The position numbers were made by a program, and so were the translations under genes. A stretch of DNA of 64,000 bases from Mobula hypostoma (taxonomy: Eukaryota). The stretch's first letter is position 1. Each line of letters begins with the position of its first letter. A model generated the notes under the pieces. It did no database searches. It was not told where the DNA came from and was given only the letters and a program-made list of their open reading frames with translations. Below are positions 10,025-20,893 of the stretch, piece by piece. The stretch covers positions 53,632,001 through 53,696,000 of the forward strand of contig NC_086108.1 of NCBI RefSeq assembly GCF_963921235.1, read 5' to 3'.

Positions 10025-13000
10025 GTAAGAATGCAAAAATCACTGCAACTTGTGTTGTCTTTTTCGTGTGTGCTTGTACTTAAAATGTTAACTTTCCCAT
10101 AAACTGATATGGCTAAAGCAAATTCGGGATTACTTCGGATTTAAAGAGATATTTTAATTTTAATACACCTGGTGCAAAATTGTTCTGTGCAAGTGGGAGT
10201 TCGGAATTTGAGTATATTTGCTGGATAAAAATGTGCAAAATTAGTAAAAAAAATACACTGAAATATCAATCTCGCGGGACCATTCTTATCGTTATCTTTT
10301 AGTCTTAACTGCATTGTGTTGAAAACATTAATATCACAGGAAATTTCAGGAGGTCCGGCTCTGTTTTTGTTTGTTTGTCTTTGGAATCAGAGTTTAAATA
10401 TTTTATGTTTAAAATGCCATTTAAGTTGTTTTAAGTTGGAACTCTAATTCTTTAAGCGTAGGATGTACGCTTTGCAAACCTTTCCATTGTGAATTGGAGT
10501 TTTCAATTTTGGGAGATGCCGTGGCAGCCAGTACTTTGCGACCAAACTGTCGGCACAATAAGCGTTTAAAAATGCTGAAGGATCGGGCACTTCACGCCCT
10601 CACTCTCCCCGTGGGGTGCCAAGGGCTGCCTCAGTCCCAGCCGATGTACAATGCAATCTGACTCTCGTGTTGGAGATGAGTGAGTTCCCAGCTGGAGATC
10701 TCTCCTACTCAATCCTCCGCAAACTGTAAATGGACAGCCGGTGTGAAATCTCCGGGTTAACCAATAACAAAAAAACATACTCTGGGTAAGTACTTCAGTG
10801 AAGAATAGGTGATGTTTGCGAATGAATCATCACTTTCACTGGTCTTCAGACCTAAGGGATTCTTAAATTAAATATCCCTTTGCTTTTATCTGTTAATTTT
10901 AAGCAGTGCAGAGTTTTTGCACTTCATTTCATTCCACTTCATATTTTGGGTAACACAAATTCTTTTGGTACATGGAATGTAGTTTAGTGTCTACTTCATA
11001 CTGAAATGCCATAGAGTATAAAAGTGGTAGATTTTTTAAAACTAGTAATTTTACAGTTGCAAAACAGCCTGGTATAGTTAGAGCAAACAACAGATTAAGG
11101 GAAACTTAAACCAGGATGATGCGTCCCTCTGTTGTAGAGACAATAGGCCACTGTGCTGTTGCTTTGCCAATGAGGGAGAGACAGAATGGAGAGTTGTTGC
11201 TGTTACTGTTGATCTAATTGAGCTGTATGGGAAAGTTAATCCAAGTATAAAGGCCTTCCAGCATTCTATAAAATCTGCATCTTGAAATTATATGTTAACA
11301 AGTTGTTCCTTTTTACTTGCTGCTTTTTAAAGCTGCTTGGAAGTTGGGAGGCATCTTGATCATCCAATATACAGTTTGCAGTGAATTGTGATTCCATATT
11401 ATTCCAGAATGTAGCATTCTTGAGAAGCAGCTGGCCCCCGAGAGAAATATTGTGGCTGCTGAAAAATAAATTAGAATACAAAATGCTGGAAACATTCAGC
11501 AGATCAGATAGCATCTGTAGAGAGAGAATTAACATTTCACTCAAGGACATACAGTTTTTGTTCATTTGAAATTAATCCTTTTGAATTATAAAATTTAAAC
11601 TTTTGAGAAAGAAAAGATAATGCAAAGGAGAAGGAAGTAAAGTAGAATTGAATCAAATTGGGTATTGAAAGATAATTGGAGGGGTATCCAGAGATGAATT
11701 AAGGTTTTCAAATTTTCAGAATCACTATGCAGAAGTATGAGGTTCCACATTTTAAGTTGTTCTGTCTCTATGTTAGACATGCCTTGGTGGAATATGACTC
11801 TCCTGATTTTAAAAAAAAACTACCAACTTGAACCTCTGAGATATGATGAATTAGCAATGAATACACAGTTGCAGCAACTTCGCAAGATTTGTTGGGCAGT
11901 AGAAGGTGAACTGGCACTTTGGCCAGGTTATCATCCAGCAGCTCGTGCTTCTCAGGGCTGGTTACCCAGGTTACGAATTGCCTGACAACTTACACATGAA
12001 TGACAGCGTACAGATTTGTAACTCATTATATTGGCAGAAAATTTGGCTCTTTATAAGCCAACCTTTCTTGTCTTTTGGGCAAAGGCAGTCCATTTCTTGT
12101 CTGTCCATTCTGCAGGGGTCATTCATTCTCTGAACTTTTGTTTTCCTTGTGCTTCTGAGCGTCAGCAAAGCTACGCTGAGCTGAGCTACATCTCTGACAG
12201 CATCTGCACTGTTGAAGTTGGGGCCTTTACTCTGATCTTGCTCTTTTCTCTTATCTCAAAATGCATCTTTTGTCATTATTTCCATTCTCTACCGTCATTC
12301 AAACACTGTATTTTGATTCATCTTTGATTCATCACCCCAGTGCTTGAAAAATTCATTGCTGCTCTGTTCCCCAGTCCATGGACTTTAATCTGAATAAAAG
12401 TATAGAGGGATTTGTGAGGTATTTCAACTGTCATAAACTGTAGACATTCCCTCTGTTTATTTTTCTAACCCCCAATGTGCCTTCAATTTATTCAGCAAAG
12501 TAAGTTTTAATTTTCATTGGTCCATGAAGAAGGGATAGTGTATCAGTATGTACTGTAATTTGGCAGAATTAAAATTAACAATTTATAATGATAGTCTTTG
12601 GTGATGATAAAAAGCATTTTTGAAATTGTATTATGCATCTGGAATTTGAAACACTTAAAGTTTAAGACTCAGATGCAAATAAAGCAAAGTTGAGTTGACC
12701 ACAGGGAAATGAACAGACAAAAAGTGAGAGTTGGAATGGAGTGAGTGGGTGTTCTGCAGATACTGCACCACTTGCTGAACCCTTCTCAAGTTGTGGTTGG
12801 CGTGGGTCACAATTAGCTTGGATATTGAAGATGGGAGAGGAGCAACAGTGTGGTCTACTTCCATCAATGAGATTTGTTTTCAGATTTTCCTCTTTCTCTC
12901 TCAAGTTTTAAGTGTTGCCGGAATGAAATTCTCATGGGTATAGGCGGCCTTGTGATGCTTTGTCCAACAACCATGGTTCACATACTTACCTAGATGGGAC

Positions 13001-14709
13001 CAGCAGCTAGCTATTCAAATATGCAAGGTCTCACCTGAGAGGTTGAACCTTTATTCACTTGACCTATATTAACATACACATACATGCTCAATTGGTTAAA
13101 TGTATAAAGCTGTGCAACCACCCTTCAGGCAGAGCTCAACCACGATGCATCTGGATCAGGGCAGGCAGTCAGCAGACTCTTGGATAGGCTTGTTCTTTGG
13201 GTCAAAGGCAGTCGCAGTCAGATCCACTGACATTATACCAGTGTTCCTCTCTGATCACTGCCTCCTTTGAGCTTTCTATCACCTATAGGAAGACCTGAAG
13301 GCAGGCATAGGATATGAAAGTTGAACATCAAACTGCTGACCACAGCAAACATGGAGGAACTAAAGTGGGATTACCCAGATTGGAGAGCTGAAGTTACTCT
13401 ATGACTTTTCCGATTCACTTCTGGGAAACAACCAATGAGAACATTGGAAAGTTCTTTATCTTCAAAGCTGTCCAGAAAGCAAGACAGAGTCGGAGGGAAT
13501 TGTGCCAACTCCAGATGAACTTGCAGCAACTTTTACAGTCGAGGGAGTGGATGTGAGGAAGGAACTGTGAGAGGTGAAGAGCTGGCATGCTGTGCTCTTT
13601 GTCTCTGAATCCTCCAAGATCATCAACTGATCCAGCATCTGCTTTGTGGAGCGGAATGAGATATGCTCATGCTTCTTCCAAAAGGTTCACAGGAGTAATT
13701 CCGTGATCCACAGCCTCAGGGAAGAGGAAGGCTCAGTAATATCCTCACTGAGAGGCATACTAAGGGTCTCCAGATCCCTTAATACCAGTCTGTATGTCAC
13801 AGCACAGCCCCCTGGAACTTCCTGTCTTCTGTCACAGAGGTGCTAGGTGGCAGTAAGGTGGAGAGTCTGGATCAGCACTGTCCCTGGAAGAGATGATTGA
13901 CTCCATCCATTCCCTTGGCACAAATGAAGCTTCTGGAAGTGATGGCTTACCAGCAGAGTTGTACCCGGCTCTGTGGAAATGGGTGTGCCTGGGTCTGCTG
14001 GCAGTATGTTAGACTATTAGGAAGGGCATCATCACCCTCATAAACAAGCAGAAGGGGAAGAAGGAGGACATCAGAGGTTGGAGAACCATTTCAATGTCGA
14101 TTGTGGACTCATTAGATCCTATCGAAGACCATTGCTCTGGGACAGGTAATCCACCGAGACCAGACCTGTGTTGTATCTCTCAGGGCAATATTTAATAGCC
14201 TTGCACTGCTCAGCAATACCACTGCCCATGTGCAGGACAGGGGGATAGATGCCTGCCTGGTCAGCGAGGACCAGGAGAATGACACTGGTAGGATATAACT
14301 CACGTTCATGACAGATATGATTTATTATCCAAATGCTCCACACAGATATCTGTAGGCAGAAGGAAGTTTATTATCCCTGACATATATCATGAAATATGTT
14401 ATTTTGCAACAGCAGTACAGTGCAAGGCTTTTAAAAAATTATGTTACAAAAATAAATAAATTAAAATAAAGTTTAATATCACTGGCACATATTGTGAAAT
14501 TTGTTGTGTAATATTGCAGTCCAAATTTGGATGGAAAACAAATAAGTTCCCCTTCAACTCTGAAGTCAGCGGGGTTGTCCACTCTCCCTTGTTTATGTGC
14601 CACATAGAACCCTTTGCTGAATCTTTCAGGAAGGATGAAGGCATAAGAGGAGTGACATTGCCAGGTAGTGGAGACACACGTCAAAACCTCTCTGTACATG
14701 AACAATATA

Positions 14710-14860
14710 AGACCATATGACCATAGGACATAGGAACAGATTTAGGCCATTCAGCGCACTGAGTCTGCTCCACCATTCCATCATGGCTGATCTCGGATCC
14801 CACTCAACCCCATATACCTGCCTTCTCACCATATCCTTCGATGCCCTGACTGATCAGGAA
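14710..14860 (-). mobile_element. CR1-type 3' tail fragment nested in the Tx1-like element
   Basis: Reverse complement of the CR1 tail seen at 20750-20890 (GACCATA-type tail repeats; GGCATCGAAGGATATGGTGAGAAGGCAGG on the minus strand). Confidence 0.75.
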
Positions 14861-15545
14861 ACAACATCACTGTGTTCTGCTTGAATCCACTGAAATTTCA
14901 CAGACTGATCAGCATCTGTACTCAGTTCATGTTGGGCATTAGGGGCCTGAGTCAACCACTCCTTGGTAATCGGCCTGACCGCTCCAATATCCCCTTTACC
15001 ATCAGGTCCGACTACCTGAAAGTTCTGGGGATCTGGTTTGGAGGGACTGAAGTGTGTAAGAAGAAGTAGGCAGAGCAGATTAGGAAGGTAAAACAAAAAT
15101 TGGGTTGGTGGAAATGCCATTCTCTGTCAATAACTGGGAAGGACTTGGTTATTCGGTGCGATATGCCCACAGGGCTGCTGTACTTGGCGCAGGTGTGCCC
15201 TGTTCCTCGCTCCTCTGCCATCATCCAGGACATCTTCCAGTTCATCTGGGGGTTCAAAATGGAGCAAGTCCATTGAGTCATGTTGTACAAGTCCATAGAG
15301 AATGGGGGCAAAAGCTTACCCAGCATTTCCCCCATCCTGATGACCACTTCACTGTAGCTGTATCAGGCAGTGTATGTACCAATGTATGTGGGCACTAAAT
15401 ATCACTATGTGCTTGAGTTCTACCTAACCCTGGGTTGTGGAAGACAGGCCTGGCCCCACTACTGCACCATGAACCCCAGTCAGCTTGATGATGCCACACT
15501 ACCTGTCCTCTGTGGAAGAGTACTTCCAAGTAAACACCTTTGATT

Positions 15546-15830
15546 ACAAACACGAGGAGGTCTGCAGATGCTGGAATTTCAAGCAACACACATAAAAATT
15601 GTTGGTGAATGCAGCAGGCCAGGCAGCATCTCTAGGAAGAGGTACAGTCGATGTTTTGGGCCGAGACCCTTCGTCAGGACTAACTGAAGGAAGAGATAGT
15701 AGGAGATTTGAAAGTGGGAGGGGGAGGGGGAGGTCTGAAATGATAGGAGAAGACAGGAGGGGAAGGGATGAAGCTAAGAGCTGGAAAGTTGATTGGCAAA
15801 AGGGATATGAGAGGATCATGGGACGGGAGG
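15546..15830 (-). mobile_element. Penelope-like element terminal fragment
   Basis: Reverse complement of the PLE end at 62040-62331; hammerhead copy with GAAA mutated to AAAA (~15646-15682). Confidence 0.85.
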
Positions 15831-16838
15831 CCTCATTGCCAAACCTGACCAACAAGCACCAAGGTCTCACCATCAGCCAGTCAAAGTTTCCTCTACAGAT
15901 GACCTAACGCCTCCAATGATTGCTGCACTCAGAACATTTGCAGTGGGAAAGAAACAATCACCCACCTCTTTGCAGACTGTGGATTTGCTAAGAGGGTGTG
16001 GAGATGGATGCAACGTCCTTGACTCAGTTTAGCCCCAGCAACTGCATAACAGAGGACTCTATGGTCTGCAGACTGCTCCTAGAGACACACACCGAGACAG
16101 GCATCAAGTGCTGCTAGAGGATCATCATCTCAGTGAAGGACAGCCTTTGGTCTGCCCGAAACTTGTTGGTCTTCCAGCACAGCAAGATGTCCGTAATGGA
16201 ATTCTGCAGGCATGCTGCAGGAGTACGTGCTGAGGGATGCACGGAAGCTTGGGGCAGGCAGTGCTAAGGTTTGATGAGGAAGGAGCATAGCCTAGGCTCT
16301 TGGTATTTCTGCACATGGAGGGGTGGGGTTGGGTGGAAAAGCCCTTGAACAATGAAAGGGGTATGACCTTGGGAAACCATGTGAGAGGGAATGGTACTAC
16401 GGTGCATTTTTAAAAGTTTACATTACTGAACATAATGACCATGAATGTAAATTTTTTTCTGCACCCTTTCTTCCTTTGTATATATTTTTATTTTGAATAA
16501 TTCTGTTTTTTGAAATAAGTATACACATATGCTCGGCCTCCTTTTGCTTTCTCTCTCTTTTCACACTGCGCCAGACCAGTCTTACTTCCACTGGTCTAAA
16601 GGCTGACGTTACGGAAGTAACTTCAGCTAATTATACATGCAGAGCTTTAGTTGCATAAGAAATGAATTCAGTTTGCAGGACGAAGAGGACAGTGAAGGAA
16701 CTGGACCTGATTACAGAACTTGTTACGCTGAAGTGACAGATTAGCCTTGCCTAGTTTGTATGCCTCAGTATAACACAACGTAATTTTAAGCACTATATTT
16801 CTCTGGCCACTTTTGCTAAAAATAAGAAGCTGGATCTT

Positions 16839-16880
16839 CAAGCAACACACATCAAAGTTGCTGGTGAACGCAAACTGGAT
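16839..16880. mobile_element. 42-bp PLE-derived micro-insertion
   Basis: Contains CAAGCAACACACATCAAAGTTGCTGGTGAACGCA (identical to 4489-4522); flanked by 13-bp direct repeat GAAGCTGGATCTT (16826-16838, 16881-16893). Confidence 0.8.
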
Positions 16881-18185
16881 GAAGCTGGATCTTGTTGCGG
16901 TTGAATTAGATGGAAGTTTGTGACAGTAACTTTGGAGGCTCAGTTGCACCGGAAGTGAAAAACTGGACCAGAAGTGAGTGGTATCCTGCCCTCTCATTGG
17001 TCTGTGCAGAAATACCAGCATGCCCACATCTTCATGTCCAGGCGCGTGCTTGGACATGCCCCGACACCTGCACACATTCGCTCACTCGATCACACACATC
17101 GTGACACTATCTGCTGCGCATACAATCACAGAGCTGTTCTGACCTGTGGATGTGTGTACACACATAAACACACACACGCGCGCGCTCACACGCAGCTGAT
17201 AAGTTCTTTGAAAAGCTAACAAAATTGTTGATTAAAAACAGAGAAATGTTAAAGGATATGGAAAGCATTCTTGTAGAAGAAAGTATGATTCCAAACTTCA
17301 GAGGTTTACTGACCTCTTGATGTGCTGTCACATTCTGTGATTCTTTATTTAAAAATCATATTCTTATTATAAATGATAATATAACTCACACATTTGTTAT
17401 TTTCATTCAGTGTACCAAGCAATTCCATACATTAGCTTGTAGTTTCATCCATAAAGCGTTTGAGAAGCCCTCATGTTCAGAGTCTAATGGCTATTGGACC
17501 TTGGATTGTGATCATTTCCCACAGAATGTTAGCAGTGAACGTACGGAGCATCAGTGGTTCACTCGAGCCAAACTGCTGCACCTTTGGATGTGCCAGTCAG
17601 TAGCATGCAAATGCAGAAATTTCCTTGCTCTGGAAGACCAAGAAATTGCAGGCACACCAAAGTGTGCCTTTCTCTGAGTTGATGATCTTCTAGCAGCAGG
17701 TAACGTTTGTCTCAGTGTGTGTCCTTGGGAATAGCCCAGCAAGCAGAGTACTGTTACACAGCTGCTTCAACAAGGACCACTGCCTCCCTTTCCAGACCTT
17801 CCAGATCAACGCATAGCCTATGAGGAGGTGGGCATTTGTCTCTTCCACACTGCAACATGTTTGCTGGGGTAGCAGATGATGGGAGTGTGTGACAGCTGTG
17901 TGTGAGGATCAGACAGGGAGAACCTTCCTTACCACCCTCAAGCAAATTTCATTCTGACAAATAATCAGCAGTTTCCTCAAGGAACTACCCTACAGGATCA
18001 CCCCATCTCCTTCTGCAGGGCCTTCAGAATATTTTGAGCAGACCACTACGTAATGGATTTGTGGTTGAAGGTGCTTTTTCACAGGCGCTCTTCTGTGAAG
18101 GACAGGTGATGTCATACATTCCAACTGAATGGACAGTCCTTGGCTGGAGACAAACAGAACCTCAGAACATTGTTGTACAGTGTTA

Positions 18186-18652
18186 AGCCCAATTTATACT
18201 TCTGTATCAAATGTATGCTGTAGATACCGCGTACCCTGCGCCGTAGGTTGGCGTGCACCTCCCCAAAAATGTAACTCGCGCGTCGCGGCGACGCAGACCG
18301 CAACAACTGTGATTGGCCCGCTCGGTAGCATCGCATTTCCTCCTACGCATTTCCGGTTGCTTTTCTCCGCCATGTCTGTACCCTGATGCGAAATAAATGG
18401 TTGGAGACGATGAACCAAATCGTCAAATCTACCTGCTGACATCAGAAAATATTTGAAATGCATTTCCTCATCCATGTCTCTCACGAAGAAACTCAACACA
18501 GTGGCATAGAAACCCCACCGCCAACTAGTGTTTTGGCAGTGAATTGCAGAGCGACGCAGACACAACTACACATGCTCACTACAGCATAGGGCTACATAAA
18601 ATTATCAATCAGACCTACGGCGTAGCCCGTATGCACAAGTATAAATCAGCCT
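18186..18652 (-). mobile_element. Non-autonomous PIF/Harbinger DNA transposon
   Basis: Imperfect 20-bp TIRs (AGCCCAATTTATACTTCTGT / ..GCACAAGTATAAATCAGCCT), TTA TSD both sides; minus-strand peptide [33 protein letters not shown] resembles a Harbinger transposase N-terminus. Confidence 0.8.
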
Positions 18653-19379
18653 TTAGTATATCCAGGATCTTCACACAGCTTGATGATACAAAGATTGCCA
18701 TCAGGATGAGGGCCACCTAGAGGCCAAATCTTCCCCTGCAACCTCACCTCTGTTAGTTCAGTAACTGGCCGAATCATCTATTGTAGTTGAATAAATGAAG
18801 GGATGTGAGTGAGTTGGCTGTGTGTTGGTGCCCTTGGGTTCTTACCTGAGGACTTTCAGATTCAAGTGGACAATGAAATATAGGTAGAAGAATTTCCTGG
18901 CTGATGATGATCTTTGTGAGCCTATGACAGAGTCTCAAAGTGAGTTTGCTTGGCTTCTGAATTCCTCTGAAGCAATTTTCAATGGGTCGGAAACAATTAG
19001 CTTTAAAGATGTTTACAAAAAGAACTCCCTGTCTTTGTACTTCCTCCGACAGATTACCATACCCACTTTTCATTGTTTCTCTTGTCCCCGTGAACTTTGT
19101 TCTCATTTGCTTTGCTTTAAATGAAGCGACTGTTTGCAACATTGATGGGTCTCCATTCAGTTGTTATTTAGCAAGTCTTTTTAAAAAAAATTGTTCAGTT
19201 AGTTTTTTTTTAATCAACGATGCAATGAATAAAGGTATTGGCACTCCTGACCTTTATTAATACAGGAAGATCCCAAGAATATTGTCATTGGTCCCAGCAA
19301 TTTTTGTTTGGGAGTTGTGGGAAGGAAGCAAAATTTAAAGCTCAAAGTAAATTTATTATCAAGTTGCATATATATCACC

Positions 19380-19740
19380 CGGGCTCAGCTGGCTCCGGCT
19401 GACAGTACCCGGTATGGGCCCCTATCCAGGGTTACGGATCCCACTGCCTTGTGGGTATCTTCGGGAGAGGAGAAGGCTAAGGAGTAAACCCTACACAAAT
19501 CCAGAGTGGAGCCCCTGAGGCGGTTGGATGTCTTATCACATCACCTCCCAGCAGCTCCTGCAGCCAAGCTGATGCCAAATGTACTGCTTCACATTCCTTT
19601 GGACCACATCCGCGAGGCCGAGAGGGGGATCTTGATGTCTGGGCAGCCCAGGATCTCCATACTCATCGCCCAGGTCTGTGCCCCCAAACAGGTGCATCCA
19701 TTGTCTACTTAGACAGATGGAGCCATTCTTTCATTCATAT
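19380..19740 (+). mobile_element. Short non-autonomous retroposon, possibly RTE-derived
   Basis: GC-rich insert with CATT-like tail and imperfect TSD (ATATCACC / ATTTCACC); family assignment from recall only. Confidence 0.45.
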
Positions 19741-19790
19741 TTCACCATATAGTACCTTGAGATTTCTTGCAGGCATTTACAGAAAAATCA

Positions 19791-20060
19791 GTGGGCAGCA
19801 CAGTAGGATAGCGGTTAGCGTGACGTTATTACAGCTTGGAGCATTCTGAAATTCGGAATTCAATTCCCATGCCATCTGTAAGGAGTTTGTACGTTCTCCC
19901 TGTAAACCATGTGGGTTTCCTCTGAGTTCTCCAGTTTCCTCCCACAGTCCAAAGAAGTACCAGTTAGTGGGTTAATTGGTCATTGTCGGATGTCCTCTGA
20001 TTAAGCTGGTGTTAAATAGGCGGGTTGCTGGGCAGTGTGATCCTTATCTGTAAATAAATT
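19791..20060 (+). mobile_element. tRNA-derived V-SINE (HE1-like)
   Basis: Decayed A/B-box head then V-domain GAGTTTGTACGTTCTCCC..GTGGGTTTCCTC..TTTCCTCCCACAGTCCAAAG; AATAAA end. Confidence 0.85.
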
Positions 20061-20529
20061 TAAAAAATCAAAATACAACAGAATTTATTAAAAACTACAG
20101 GGAACAAAGACTGACAAACAGCCAAACTGCAAAAGAAGACAAATCGTGCAAAATAATATAAAGATGTAGTTAAATAATATTGAGTTGTCGTGTCCTTGAA
20201 AGGGAGTCTGTAGGTTATGGAGTCAGTTCAGTGTTCAGGTGAGTGAAGTTATCCATACTGGCTCAGGAGGCTGCTGGCTGATAATTGTTCCTGAACCTGG
20301 TGGTGTGAGACCCCAGGCCCCTGTAACTCTTGCTTGATGGTAGTGGTGTGATGCCCACTGCCCTCCTCCACCCCACTTCCCACGACAATGAAGAGACCTG
20401 ATATTCTCCTCTAGAAGCTCACGAATGGTGGCCTGAGTAAGCTTGTGGAAAAAGCCTAGGGAGCTGGAATGGAAGGTGAGCAGCTCCTTCAGGTGGGCAA
20501 TGAAGTTGGAGAAAAAGTTGGAGGACCTA

Positions 20530-20893
20530 CCGAATGTTGAAAGGACTCGGTAGGGTGGATGTGGAGAGGATGTTTCTGATGGTATCCAGAACTAGAGGGC
20601 ACAGCCTCAGATTTGAGGGGAACCCTTTAGAACAGAGGTAAGGAGGATTTTTCTTAGCCAGAGAGTAGTGAATCTGTGGAATGCTCTGCCACAGACTGTG
20701 GTGGAGTCCAACTCCATGGGTATATTTAAATCGGAAGTTGATTGTTTCCTGATCAGTCAGGCATCAAAGGATATGGTGAGAAGGCAGATGTATGCGGTTG
20801 AGTGGGATTTGGGATCAGCCGTGATAGAATTGCAGAGCAGACTTGATGGGCTGAACGATCTCATTCAGCTCCTATTTCTTGTGGTCTTATAGG
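20530..20893 (+). mobile_element. CR1 3' fragment
   Basis: SQRVVNLWNALPQ..GIFKSEVD and CR1 tail. Confidence 0.85.

Larger units (their letters stand above)
13130..16520 (+). mobile_element. Degraded Tx1-like (L1 clade) LINE ORF2 with nested insertions
   Basis: APE motifs (SRLLDR; PVFLSDHCLL at ~13240-13265), SGSDGLPAELY (~13932), RKGIITLINKQKG..GWRTIS (~14020-14095), YLKVLGIWF (~15013), AATAA-rich end ~16500; many stops and frameshifts. Confidence 0.7.
19340..20350 (-). mobile_element. Rex1-like LINE 3' UTR remnant carrying two nested insertions
   Basis: CTCAAAGTAAATTTATTATC tail at ~19340 and TTGTTCCTGAACCTGGTGGTG at ~20285 resemble the Rex1-like end at 31.1-31.4 kb. Confidence 0.55.

Noticed and set aside
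18194..18565. HARBI1/ALP1-like host gene
   Set aside because: Short transposase remnant between TIRs with TTA TSD; no catalytic domain.
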